DNA of 64,000 nt from Alphaproteobacteria bacterium (GTDB lineage: Bacteria > Pseudomonadota > Alphaproteobacteria > CAAHEQ01 > UBA3637), in contig JAZLAQ010000007.1 in assembly GCA_045613285.1 (NCBI GenBank), positions 485-64,484 of the forward strand, written 5' to 3'. Made by a program: the position numbers and the translations under genes. Positions within the stretch are counted from its first letter, which is position 1. Every line of letters starts with the position of its first letter. Shown in pieces: positions 32,591 through 42,376 of the stretch. The notes beneath the pieces are model-generated. The model had not been told where the DNA came from. It saw only the letters and a program-made list of their open reading frames with translations, and did not search any database.

Positions 32591-33553
32591 ATGAGTACAG
32601 TAAAAGAAAAATTTATATTGCTGCAGGACTATATCAATACACAAATTATTGGTCAAAAAAGTTTGGTTCAAAAATTATTGTTGGCAATGTTATGTAATGG
32701 GCATTTGTTGGTAGAAGGTCTGCCGGGATTGGCTAAGACAAAGGCGATAAAGGTATTGTCTCGGGTTATTGATGCTGGTTCACAACGAATTCAGTTTACG
32801 CCGGATTTATTGCCTTCAGACATTACGGGAAGTGATGTGTATCGTCCGGAAATGAATTGTTTTTCCTTTAAAAAGGGACCAATTTTTAATAATTTGATTT
32901 TAGCTGATGAAATCAATCGGGCACCGGCAAAAGTTCAATCTGCTTTGTTGGAAGCAATGGGGGAATTTCAAGTAACTGTCGGGAATGAGACTTATATGTT
33001 ACCTGATTTGTTTATGGTTATGGCTACGCAAAACCCGATTGAACAAGAAGGTACTTATAATTTACCGGAAGCCCAATTGGATCGTTTTTTGATGTATATT
33101 CGAATTGAATATCCGGATGTAGATGCCGAACGCAAAATTTTAAAATTGGTTCAATCGGAAGAAAAAAAACAAAAACCGGCTTATTTTGAAAAAATAACAC
33201 AGGAACAAATTTTTCAAGCACGTCAAGAAGTATTGGATATCTATATGTCACCGGAATTGGAAGAATATTTAATCCAGTTCATTATGGCAACACGTCAACC
33301 GGCTGCTTATGGTGAAGAAGTCGCAAAACTTATTCAATTTGGCGCTAGTCCACGTGGTACTATTGCTTTGGATTTGGTCGCCCGTGCTTCCGCTTGGTTG
33401 GCAGGTCGGGATTATGTTGTTCCGTCTGACATACAAAATGCTATTTTGGATGTCTTGCGTCATCGTATTATTTTGTCTTTTGAAGCAAAAGCAGCCCGTA
33501 TGACAACAGATGATGTTTTGAAAAAATTATTGGCGCTAGTTCCATTACCATAA
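32591..33553 (+). CDS. MoxR family AAA+ ATPase
   Basis: EGLPGLAKT, RIQFTPDLLPSD, DEINRAPAKVQSALLEAM, ATQNPIEQEGTY. Confidence 0.95.
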   Translation: MSTVKEKFILLQDYINTQIIGQKSLVQKLLLAMLCNGHLLVEGLPGLAKTKAIKVLSRVIDAGSQRIQFTPDLLPSDITGSDVYRPEMNCFSFKKGPIFNNLILADEINRAPAKVQSALLEAMGEFQVTVGNETYMLPDLFMVMATQNPIEQEGTYNLPEAQLDRFLMYIRIEYPDVDAERKILKLVQSEEKKQKPAYFEKITQEQIFQARQEVLDIYMSPELEEYLIQFIMATRQPAAYGEEVAKLIQFGASPRGTIALDLVARASAWLAGRDYVVPSDIQNAILDVLRHRIILSFEAKAARMTTDDVLKKLLALVPLP

Positions 33554-33565
33554 AGGGAAAGTTAA

Positions 33566-34477
33566 TTGAAAAATCAAAGTCCGGTTCAGGTTGATGAGAA
33601 AAGTTTATTGTCAGTGAAAGAACTGACCTATGACGTTTTATTAAAAGAAAACAGAAACCAGGCTTATTCTCATTCCGGATCTGCAAAATCTCCCTTTCGG
33701 ACAAGAGGTCTTGATTTTCAAGAGATAAGAGCCTATCAACAAGGGGATGATATTCGGCAGATTGACTGGAAAACAACAGCAAAACACGGTGGAAAACCTT
33801 ATACAAAATTATATACAGATGAAAAAGAACAACCTGTTTATTTTGTCTGCGATTTAAGAGGGTGTATGAAATTTGCTTCCCACGGTGTTTTTAAATCCGT
33901 TATTGTCGCCCGTCTGGCAATGTTTTTGGCTTTTTTGGCAGAACGTCGACAAGATCGTATTGGTTCTATCGTTTTATTGGAAAACGAAATCAAACAGAGT
34001 GATTTGCAAAGCAATGGCGGATCAATGGCTTTGATGTCGGATATTTTAGCCGGTGGTAGTGCAATACCGAGACAGCCGGATTCAACAACTTTGGAAGATG
34101 CTTTATCTCAGTTAGCAAAGGAAGTTAAAATCGGTGCTAAGATTTTTGTTTTAAGTGATATGCATGATTTGACAGAAGGTGCGATTGAAATATTAAAACG
34201 AATCAGCTTTCGTAGGACAATTTCCTTGATACAGGTTTATGATAAGTTGGAACAAGAAATGCCCGCTGGTATTTGGGCTTTAACGGATGGTTTTCAAGTA
34301 TCTGTTGCCAATATGATGGGGCAAAGGTCTCGAGATGAGTTTCACGAAAGATTTAAAAAACAATCTGATTTGATACAAAAGACTGTTGATAGAAACAGTT
34401 GGGGATACTTATCAATACAAACAACAGATGATTATATCTTGAAAATTATTTCGTTTGTTCAAATGGGGGGATTGTAA
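33566..34477 (+). CDS. DUF58 domain protein
   Basis: GLDFQEIRAYQQGDDIRQIDWKTTA; follows moxR. Confidence 0.9.
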   Translation: MKNQSPVQVDEKSLLSVKELTYDVLLKENRNQAYSHSGSAKSPFRTRGLDFQEIRAYQQGDDIRQIDWKTTAKHGGKPYTKLYTDEKEQPVYFVCDLRGCMKFASHGVFKSVIVARLAMFLAFLAERRQDRIGSIVLLENEIKQSDLQSNGGSMALMSDILAGGSAIPRQPDSTTLEDALSQLAKEVKIGAKIFVLSDMHDLTEGAIEILKRISFRRTISLIQVYDKLEQEMPAGIWALTDGFQVSVANMMGQRSRDEFHERFKKQSDLIQKTVDRNSWGYLSIQTTDDYILKIISFVQMGGL

Positions 34478-34962
34478 TGGAAAATATAGATTTGTCCGGA
34501 TTGAAAGACATCCACATCCCCGTGGAACCTTTTTGGTGGCCGCCTGCAATTGGGTGGATGATTCTTATCGGTAGTATTTTTTTTGGGATTATGATTGGGG
34601 TTGTTGCTTATCTCATTTGGCGAAAGCAACCAAAACAATATGCTTTACGAAAATTAAAACGGATTTACAAATCCAGTCAGAATACAATTCTGATGGCCAG
34701 ACAGGTTTCTGTTTTATTGAAAAGGGTGGCTTTATTAAAGTATCCTCGGGAAAAGGTTGCCTCTTTATCAGAGAAAAAATGGATAGATTTTTTACTAAAA
34801 CAAACAAATAAAGCACTGACAACGGAACAAGTTAATCTGCTAGCCAGTTCTACATATATGAGAGAGGATACGGCCGTTTCTCTGGCGAGACGTGATTTAT
34901 ATCAGGCTTCGGCATTGGCTATTGTAAAACTATTTAAAAATGCGGGGAAAAAATATGATTAG
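34477..34962 (+). CDS. DUF4381 domain protein
   Basis: LKDIHIP..WWPPAIGW, a TM segment, LLKRVAL..YPR..VASL...W..FL. Confidence 0.85.
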   Translation: MENIDLSGLKDIHIPVEPFWWPPAIGWMILIGSIFFGIMIGVVAYLIWRKQPKQYALRKLKRIYKSSQNTILMARQVSVLLKRVALLKYPREKVASLSEKKWIDFLLKQTNKALTTEQVNLLASSTYMREDTAVSLARRDLYQASALAIVKLFKNAGKKYD

Positions 34963-35734
34963 TACACAAAATATTCAAAATGCTGTTTCTTTGTTAGGAC
35001 AAAATCAACAAAATTGCCTGATTAATGCAATACCAGAACCAATCCAAAAAATTGAAAACGAATCAACGGAAAAACAAAGTGGTATTTCATTGTTGGTATC
35101 TATGGATTATGTGTCTTTATCAGGGCATGAAAAAAATCGGGATGTGTTGATACGGCGTGTTATTCAGTCTAAAAAGGAAATTTATTTGGATGTGTTGGTT
35201 ATGAATATTCGTATGCCACGTTTGATCAAGGTTTCCAATATTCGGGAAATACGGGATATTACCAGTGGTCATATTTATACGAATCCTTGTGAGTTTATTC
35301 AAAATAGATTGGGTGTTGATGTTGGAATACCTAAACAGGAAACATTAAATAATGAAAACGGTTTTAAATTAGTCATTGAAAGATGCTCTCATGAAATGGT
35401 TGTCCTGATGTATCTGACGGCATTGGATGGTCATCGTGATAAAAGGGAACGTGAAAAAGTATTAGAATATATTCAAACCAGAACATCTGATTTAACCTAT
35501 GAACAGGATGAGTTGAATGAGTATCTGGTTTCGTTGGCACCGGATGAAGTTTGTTTTTCTTCGGCTTTATCTCATGTATTGAATAAAGGTCAAAAGGTTG
35601 TTCAGCCCTTTTTGGAAACAGTGTTAGAGGTAATTATGGCAAATGGTAAAATTGATGACAAAGAAAGGGCTTTTTTAATACGGATAATGGATCTGTTGGA
35701 ACAAGATGGATATGAAATTTCATTGCCGATATAA
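34955..35734 (+). CDS. Putative WYL-like + TerB-like fusion protein
   Basis: MDYVSLSG..KNRDV...RMPRLIKVSNIREIRDITSG (degenerate WYL-like) followed by ALDGHRDKRE...MANGKIDDKE (TerB-like). Confidence 0.6.
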   Translation: MISTQNIQNAVSLLGQNQQNCLINAIPEPIQKIENESTEKQSGISLLVSMDYVSLSGHEKNRDVLIRRVIQSKKEIYLDVLVMNIRMPRLIKVSNIREIRDITSGHIYTNPCEFIQNRLGVDVGIPKQETLNNENGFKLVIERCSHEMVVLMYLTALDGHRDKREREKVLEYIQTRTSDLTYEQDELNEYLVSLAPDEVCFSSALSHVLNKGQKVVQPFLETVLEVIMANGKIDDKERAFLIRIMDLLEQDGYEISLPI

Positions 35735-35808
35735 AATTTACTTGACTTTCATAAAAAAAAACGATATACTGGGTCACAGTTTAACTAAACAGAATAAGGA
35801 AAAATACT

Positions 35809-35976
35809 ATGGCAAAACCGACAACAGTTAAAATCAAATTGGAAAGTAAAGCCGGAACAGGTACTTTCTACACAGCTAAAAAGAATCCTCGGACAAAAAC
35901 AGAAAAACTGTCTTTCCGTAAATATGACAAAAAAACCCGTAAACATGAAGTTTTCGGAGAAAAGAAAATTAAATAA
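35809..35976 (+). CDS. rpmG: 50S ribosomal protein L33 (missing from the ORF track)
   Basis: Translates [55 protein letters not shown]; TAAGGA RBS. Confidence 0.95.
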   Translation: MAKPTTVKIKLESKAGTGTFYTAKKNPRTKTEKLSFRKYDKKTRKHEVFGEKKIK

Positions 35977-36052
35977 GTTTTTTTGAGATGAGGGGGACCT
36001 ACACAGTGTGTGGGTCTCTTTTTCGTCTGATATTTAAAATAAGGAGAATAAA

Positions 36053-36439
36053 ATGCAACAATGTATCAAATCTAAAGTACAAAAATATATGAATTCTTTG
36101 CGGTGTGCAGATGTTGAAGGCATAAAAGAATGTTTGGATACGGAAACGGTCAATATTTCAGTTGTTTATCGGGCTTTTGATCTGTTTATGGGACGGGAAT
36201 GTTGGCAAGAAGCTGAACGGGTTGTTTCTTTTTCGACTTGGAATCCGAATTATACAGTTATAGATGGTTTGTTGCCAGAAGATCGTGCTGCCTTGTATGG
36301 TAAAAAGAAATTGGCTTTATCTATTATCAAGCACCCGAATTATAATGCCGATTTTGGACATCGGAAAAACAATGGTGGCCCATTTGCTGAAAAATTAAAA
36401 CAATGGTTGAAAAAAAGTAAGGTAAAAACACGTTCATAA
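36053..36439 (+). CDS. Hypothetical protein (possibly degenerate ankyrin-like)
   Basis: 128-aa ORF with a strong TAAGGAG RBS; weak NPN..DG..P...A..YG motif. Confidence 0.65.
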   Translation: MQQCIKSKVQKYMNSLRCADVEGIKECLDTETVNISVVYRAFDLFMGRECWQEAERVVSFSTWNPNYTVIDGLLPEDRAALYGKKKLALSIIKHPNYNADFGHRKNNGGPFAEKLKQWLKKSKVKTRS

Positions 36440-36519
36440 TCAATACATTAAAAGATGCAGGGTCGGTTTATGCCGACCTTTTTTTATATAAAAATAATAA
36501 TGAATTTTCAAACATTAAA

Positions 36520-37215
36520 ATGCCGTATAAACAAACGATAACCGAATCCGGATGGAGTATGGTGGAAATGCTAGGTGTTCTGGCAATTATCGGGGTATTG
36601 TCTATCGGTGGGATAGCGGGCTATACCTATGCCATGAACAAAAGTAAAGCCGAAGCCTTAAACGGTTCCGCCGTTGCCAGTGGTGGTGGGGATGCCTGTA
36701 CTTTAATCGCCAGTAATTGTGCCAGTGGTGCTTTGGCGGAAGGTGAATGTGCCTGTGCCCCGGCAACAGAAGGACAAACCTGTACCGACCATACCACAAA
36801 CGAATGCGGATTGGGATATTATTGTCAGTTCGAGCCATTAGATTGTGATGATACAAAAGGTGGTAATCCCAATGGTGTTTGTACCGCCGTTGGCAGAGGT
36901 TTTAACGCTGGGGCTTATTTAAAGGGTCCCGTAATGGATTGGTGGAGTGCATACAGTTGGTGTAAAGGGAATGGCATGGAACCGGTAACGGGGAAAATAG
37001 CCGGTATACGGTTAAATAGATATTATGACAACAGGGATGGTAATGGACTCCTTTATCAATACTTTAGAGAAGGTATTGGATTTTGGACGGGACATGACAA
37101 AGGCGATTCCTGTCGCGCGTGGTACGTTTACGCTAACGCTGACGACGAGGGCGTCGACAACGTCGGTCGCTACGCCTACGACGGCTACAGCGACTGCCGC
37201 GCTTTGTGTCAGTAG
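36520..37215 (+). CDS. Type IV pilin-like, Cys-rich, C-type-lectin-like protein; putative DGR target
   Basis: Prepilin-like ESG/WSMVEMLGVLAIIGVLSIGG, Cys-rich linker, MDWWSAYSWC...FWT...AWYV...RALC CLec-like tail. Confidence 0.8.
   Translation: MPYKQTITESGWSMVEMLGVLAIIGVLSIGGIAGYTYAMNKSKAEALNGSAVASGGGDACTLIASNCASGALAEGECACAPATEGQTCTDHTTNECGLGYYCQFEPLDCDDTKGGNPNGVCTAVGRGFNAGAYLKGPVMDWWSAYSWCKGNGMEPVTGKIAGIRLNRYYDNRDGNGLLYQYFREGIGFWTGHDKGDSCRAWYVYANADDEGVDNVGRYAYDGYSDCRALCQ
37108..37215 (+). other. Putative DGR variable region (VR)
   Basis: Of the 26 codons at 37123-37200, 21 end in C and 25 end in C/T, in an otherwise AT-rich window. The peptide follows the AWxV...V....R...ALC scaffold of CLec-type DGR VRs. 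Confidence 0.7.
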
Positions 37216-37355
37216 TGCGTGTTCGGCTTTTTAAAATAATTTAATAATTGTCGGGGGTATTGCTCGGGATTATTAAAAACAAACCGGTATTGATTTCTTT
37301 GGTACCGGTTTTGTATGTGAAAAAAGGAATGTAGAACCTTATTTAAAGGGAAAAA

Positions 37356-39143
37356 TTATTCATCCCCGATTTTGAGGGCTTGGATAAAGGCGTTCTGTGG
37401 GATTTCAACCTGTCCGAATTGACGCATCCGCTTTTTACCTTCCTTCTGCTTTTCCAACAGTTTCCGTTTTCGGGTAATGTCCCCGCCGTAACATTTGGCT
37501 GTCACATCCTTGCGGAAAGCAGCAATATCTTCACGGGCAATAATCTTGCCACCGATACTGGCCTGAATGGGAATCTTGAATTGGTGTCTGGGAATTAAAT
37601 CCTTTAAGCGTTCGCAAATCTGACGACCGCGTCTTTCGGCTTGGGAACGGTGGGCTAAAAATGCCAAAGCGTCAACCTGTTCCCCATGAACCATGATGTT
37701 GACACGTACCAAATCACTGGCATTATAATCGCCCAGTTCGTAGTCAAAGCTGGCATACCCGCGGGAAATGGATTTTAATCGATCGTAAAAGTCAAAAACA
37801 ATTTCATTCAATGGCAGTTCGTAAACAGCCATTGCCCGATCCCCGACATAAGTCAAATCTTTTTGGATACCCCGTCGTTCCGTACAAAGTTGCAAAATAC
37901 CACCCAGATATTCATCCGGTGTCATAATGGTTGCCCGAACCCAAGGTTCTTCAATGCGAGCAATACGGCTGACATCCGGCATATCTGCGGGATTATGCAT
38001 TGTCATCATATCCCCGTTTGTCAGGTATACTTTATATGCTACCGACGGTGCCGTTGTGATTAAATCCAAATTAAATTCACGGGATAGGCGTTCCTGAATA
38101 ATCTCCATGTGAAGCAAGCCCAAGAAACCACACCGAAAGCCTTGCCCTAAAGCCATGGACTTGTCCGGTGTAAACTGAAAACTGGCGTCATTGAGTTGTA
38201 GTTTTGCCAAAGATTCTTTTAATAATTCGTAATCACTCATATCCACAGGGAACAGAGAACAAAACACAACGGATAAACTGGGTTTGAAGCCGGGCAGAGC
38301 CTTTTGTGTCGGTCTTTTTTCGTCCGTTATCGTATCGCCGACACGGGTTTCACCAATAGATTTGATACCGCAAATAATAAAACCGAGTTCTCCGGTCTTG
38401 ATTTCATCCGTATCTACCATTTTCGGTGTGAAATAACCACATCTATCCACTTTATAAACGGCTTTGGTGGCCATCATCTGAATGGACATACCCTTTTTTA
38501 AAACACCGTCCACAATACGGGCCAATACAACAATACCTAAATAAGGGTCGTACCAAGAATCAACCAACATTGCTTTTAACGGTGCGTCGTTGTCCCCTGT
38601 TGGTGCCGGCAATCGGTTGACAATAGTATCTAAAACCGAATCAATGCCTATTCCAGTTTTTGCAGAAATCAATGGGGCATCAGTGGTATCAATGCCGATA
38701 ACATCTTCTATCTGAGCCTTTATTCGTTCCGGTTCGGCAGCCGGTAAATCAATTTTATTAATGACGGGTAGAATTTCATGATTTGCATCCAATGCCTTGT
38801 AAACATTGGCAAGAGTTTGCGCTTCTACCCCTTGTGAAGCATCCACAACCAATAAAGAGCCTTCACAGGCCGATAATGAACGACTGACTTCGTAGCCAAA
38901 GTCAACATGCCCCGGGGTGTCAATCAGGTTTAAAATATAATCTTTGTATTTTAAACGAACGGTTTGGGCCTTTATGGTAATGCCTCGTTCTCGCTCGATA
39001 TCCATATTATCCAGCAGTTGGGCTTTCATTTCCCGTTCGGAAACAGCGCCGCATTTTTGAATCAGTCGATCTGCTAAAGTGGATTTGCCGTGGTCAATAT
39101 GGGCAACAATTGAAAAATTACGAATATGTGATAAATCTGACAT
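37356..39143 (-). CDS. lepA: Elongation factor 4 (LepA)
   Basis: [52 protein letters not shown]. Start placed at MSDLSH, not at 39470. Confidence 0.97.
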   Translation of the reverse strand: MSDLSHIRNFSIVAHIDHGKSTLADRLIQKCGAVSEREMKAQLLDNMDIERERGITIKAQTVRLKYKDYILNLIDTPGHVDFGYEVSRSLSACEGSLLVVDASQGVEAQTLANVYKALDANHEILPVINKIDLPAAEPERIKAQIEDVIGIDTTDAPLISAKTGIGIDSVLDTIVNRLPAPTGDNDAPLKAMLVDSWYDPYLGIVVLARIVDGVLKKGMSIQMMATKAVYKVDRCGYFTPKMVDTDEIKTGELGFIICGIKSIGETRVGDTITDEKRPTQKALPGFKPSLSVVFCSLFPVDMSDYELLKESLAKLQLNDASFQFTPDKSMALGQGFRCGFLGLLHMEIIQERLSREFNLDLITTAPSVAYKVYLTNGDMMTMHNPADMPDVSRIARIEEPWVRATIMTPDEYLGGILQLCTERRGIQKDLTYVGDRAMAVYELPLNEIVFDFYDRLKSISRGYASFDYELGDYNASDLVRVNIMVHGEQVDALAFLAHRSQAERRGRQICERLKDLIPRHQFKIPIQASIGGKIIAREDIAAFRKDVTAKCYGGDITRKRKLLEKQKEGKKRMRQFGQVEIPQNAFIQALKIGDE

Positions 39144-39293
39144 CTTATTTCCTTTTTGACGGCATTTTATCAGAAAATACAAAAAAAAGCAAGATAGAAA
39201 TCTGTACGAATGGAAAATGTTTTTACAAAAAACTTGCCAAATAATAAAATATATGATAAAATATGTTCGAATTTTAGCTGAAGGGATGTAAGT

Positions 39294-40112
39294 ATGCAAA
39301 AAAGAGTTTGCTTTGTTGAAAATAACGGTCGGATGATGAAAACTGTATTTGAAATAGATGAACAAGGCAGAATCCAAGGTTCGTGTAAATTTTATGACGA
39401 AAATGAAAAAATGGTTGCCGATATGCATTGTGTTGATGGTGTTACAGAAGGTATCGGTAAAAAATATCATCCGAATGGTGTGTTATGTAGTGAAACAGAA
39501 TATCATGCCGGTGAAATAGATGGAGTGGAAAAACTATATGACGAAAAAGGGAATATGTTCGCACAACTGACTTATGAACATAACCAATTGCATGGTCCTG
39601 TGTGTTTATATGATCCGAATGGTCGGGTTGTGGAAAAAACATACTATAAACAAGGGAAAAAAGATGGATTGCATATAGAGTATGCACCGAACGGGGCAGT
39701 TCTTAAAATGGTTTCTTATGCAAATGATTTGTTAGAAGGAGTATCGGAAGAGTATGAATTTGACGGTAGATTATGCCGTAAAGAATATTATAAGCAGGGT
39801 AGAAAAAACGGTCCTTATGTTTCTTATCATGAAAATGGGCAGTTGTTGAAAAAAGGTTTCTATCGCTATGATATTTTCTGTGGTCCTTATGAAGAGTATT
39901 TTAAAAATGGTAAATTGTTCAGAAAAGGGACTTATGTAGATGAAAAGTTGTATTCTGATGAAGCTTATGAAAAGTTGAAAGAACAAGAACGAAAAAAACT
40001 TAATTTGAAATTATTGACATTGAATGAATGGAAAAAACCGACTGAGGAACGAAAAAAAATTAAAAGGCAGTTGGTTTTAGAATACAGATTAGATTTCCCG
40101 AAAACTCGATAA
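39294..40112 (+). CDS. MORN-variant repeat protein (YwqK-like)
   Basis: Repeated YxxGxxxG...Y.xNG units. Confidence 0.85.
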   Translation: MQKRVCFVENNGRMMKTVFEIDEQGRIQGSCKFYDENEKMVADMHCVDGVTEGIGKKYHPNGVLCSETEYHAGEIDGVEKLYDEKGNMFAQLTYEHNQLHGPVCLYDPNGRVVEKTYYKQGKKDGLHIEYAPNGAVLKMVSYANDLLEGVSEEYEFDGRLCRKEYYKQGRKNGPYVSYHENGQLLKKGFYRYDIFCGPYEEYFKNGKLFRKGTYVDEKLYSDEAYEKLKEQERKKLNLKLLTLNEWKKPTEERKKIKRQLVLEYRLDFPKTR

Positions 40113-40197
40113 ATAAAAAATGCCGGCAGAAATGCCGGTTTTTTACTCTTTTGTTAAAAAAGAAAATCCCCCAAAAGAACGAGGGATTTTTCTTTAA

Positions 40198-40272
40198 TGG
40201 CTCCAGCGGTAGGGCTCGAACCTACGACCGATCGGTTAACAGCCGATTGCTCTACCACTGAGCTACGCTGGA
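40198..40272 (-). tRNA. tRNA-Asn (GTT)
   Basis: Reverse complement TCCAGCGTAGCTCAGTGGTAGAGCAATCGGCTGTTAACCGATCGGTCGTAGGTTCGAGCCCTACCGCTGGAGCCA folds as a cloverleaf with CCA. Confidence 0.96.
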
Positions 40273-40341
40273 ACAATATAAAACTATTTACACTAAAAAA
40301 ATGAAAAAATCAAGTCTTTTTTTTATAAATAGTGTTTTTTT

Positions 40342-40416
40342 TGGAGGCCGGTACCGGAATCGAACCAGTATAAAAGGATTTGCAGTCCTCTGCATAAGCC
40401 ATTCTGCCAACCGGCC
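40342..40416 (-). tRNA. tRNA-Cys (GCA)
   Basis: Reverse complement GGCCGGTTGGCAGAATGG...GGACTGCAAATCC...GGTTCGATTCCGGTACCGGCCTCCA. Confidence 0.95.
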
Positions 40417-40536
40417 ACTTTAAAACGAAACTACTATCGCATTTTTTTTATCAATAGTCAAGAAAAAAGAGAAAAAACTTGAATTTTTTTTTCAAATTGT
40501 CTATTCTTGGGATAATTTAAGATTAAGGAGTCCTTT

Positions 40537-41892
40537 ATGAAAACAAGTTTTATTGCTTTATTTTGTGCTGTTTATGCTTTTTCGCCGGCTGTATTTGCCG
40601 ATTCGCTGTCGGATGTGTTGGCTTATACGTATGAAAATAGTTTGAATTTATCTGCGAATCGAGCGGGGTTGAAGGCGGTTGATGAAACGGTAGCTCAGGC
40701 CAAGTCTGGTTACCGTCCTAAAGTAATGGCAGAAGGCAGTCTGGCACGTAGTAATTATGAGAATACATATGCAGATGCTTTGTTTAGTCAGGAATCTTAT
40801 TTGACGCCGTCTGAAATTTCTTTATCTTTTACGCAGCCTGTTTTTTCAGGATTGAGCACAGTTAATGCAGTGAAGTCCGCTGAAAATAATGTTAAGTCCG
40901 GGCGAGCTAATTTGTTGAATACGGAACAAATGGTTTTATTGGATGCAACGGCTGTTTATATGGATGTTATTCGGGATGAAGCGGTTTTGAAGTTGCAAAT
41001 CAATAATGAAAAAGTTTTAAAACAGCATTATGAATCCTATAAAAAACAACTGGAAGCCGGTGCATTGACCAGAACGGATGTGGCTCAGGCTGAGGCTCGT
41101 CTAGCGGGGGCAACGGCACAACGGATTGCAGCAGAAGGACAGTTGCAAATTTCAAAAGCTAACTTTTTTAGTGTTGTGGGACAGGAACCACACAATTTAA
41201 CGGATATGAGGGATATTGCTTTTTTACCACCGGAAAGTTTAGAAGATGCTATTAATCAAGCGTTGCTGAATAATCCAAAAATTAAAGCTGCCGAATATGC
41301 TACAAATGCTGCTGAATCGTTAGTTAAAGCTAAAAAAGGGACTCTATTGCCATTGATTAGTCTAGGGGGCGTTGTCGGTCGGCAAAAAGAACAGTTGTCT
41401 GTTGAAAAATCAGATTTTTGGCAAATTGGAGCAAATCTGACTGTTCCGTTATTTCAGTCCGGTAAAGAATATGCTGATATTCGAGAAGCTCGTCAATTGG
41501 AAAATAAGTTCCGTATTTTGTGGGCAAAAACGATGCAGGATGTACGGGCTGAAACAACAGCGGCTTGGGAAAAATATTCTTCTGTTAAAGCACAAATCAG
41601 CTCTATTGAAAAACAGATTAAGGCTTCTGAAATTGCTTTAAATGGTGTTATTCGGGAAGCGAATGTGGGGTCTCGGACGGTTCTGGATGTTTTGGATGCT
41701 GAGCAGGAACATTTGGATAATCAAGTATCTTTGGTAAAAGCACATCGGGAAGAAATCGTGTCAGCTTTTACTTTGATGGCAACTGTTGGAAAAATGAATC
41801 CGGAAGGATTAGGTTTGGATGTTCAGTCTTATGATCCGACTGTCTATTATGAAAGTGTCAAAAATAAGTGGTTCGGTTATGGAATTGATTAG
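40537..41892 (+). CDS. tolC: TolC family outer membrane protein
   Basis: Signal peptide, TRTDVAQAEARLA, GSRTVLDVLDAEQE, C-terminal YDP..YY..VKNKWFG. Confidence 0.92.
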   Translation: MKTSFIALFCAVYAFSPAVFADSLSDVLAYTYENSLNLSANRAGLKAVDETVAQAKSGYRPKVMAEGSLARSNYENTYADALFSQESYLTPSEISLSFTQPVFSGLSTVNAVKSAENNVKSGRANLLNTEQMVLLDATAVYMDVIRDEAVLKLQINNEKVLKQHYESYKKQLEAGALTRTDVAQAEARLAGATAQRIAAEGQLQISKANFFSVVGQEPHNLTDMRDIAFLPPESLEDAINQALLNNPKIKAAEYATNAAESLVKAKKGTLLPLISLGGVVGRQKEQLSVEKSDFWQIGANLTVPLFQSGKEYADIREARQLENKFRILWAKTMQDVRAETTAAWEKYSSVKAQISSIEKQIKASEIALNGVIREANVGSRTVLDVLDAEQEHLDNQVSLVKAHREEIVSAFTLMATVGKMNPEGLGLDVQSYDPTVYYESVKNKWFGYGID

Positions 41893-41900
41893 GAGTTTAT

Positions 41901-42314
41901 ATGCAGGAAACAGAACCTGAAGAATTACCGATGGATGTTGTCTTGAATGAAATTCGGCAAATGTTATTGGCGGATACAGAAGAAAAACAATCAGAGGAAT
42001 CATCGAAAGATATAACGGAGACAGAAGAAGTTTTTTTTGAAGACGTATCAGTTATTACAGATGTTCCTAAAAAAGATAGTAAACAGGAAGAGTATTTTTT
42101 GTTGACTCCCGAAATGAGATGCGATTTGGTAGAGAATAAAATAGAATTGTCTGATATCATTCAAAAACGGACGCAACAGGTTATGGATAAATTAAATCAA
42201 CAAAAAAGCATTGATAATTCGGAAGTTGTTTTATCGCCGGCTTTAGAAAGTTGGTTAAATCAAAATTTACCGACACTGATTGAAAAAGCAATTGCTGAAA
42301 AATTATCAAAATAA
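41901..42314 (+). CDS. PopZ-like (DUF2497) polar organizer
   Basis: MDVVLNEIRQML N-terminal helix, acidic linker, PALESWLNQNLPTLIEKAI; follows tolC. Confidence 0.7.
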   Translation: MQETEPEELPMDVVLNEIRQMLLADTEEKQSEESSKDITETEEVFFEDVSVITDVPKKDSKQEEYFLLTPEMRCDLVENKIELSDIIQKRTQQVMDKLNQQKSIDNSEVVLSPALESWLNQNLPTLIEKAIAEKLSK

Positions 42315-42376
42315 AATTGCCTTTTAAATAAAAAAGGTGTATAATGCCCTATCATTATTTAACGAAAGGGTTTGTT

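Noticed and set aside
39144-39470. 109-aa N-terminal extension of LepA in the ORF track
   Set aside because: It overlaps the divergent MORN gene and its promoter region; LepA homology begins at [10 protein letters not shown].
40113-40536. tRNA pair as a possible integration site
   Set aside because: No integrase and no duplicated tRNA 3' end are visible in the window.
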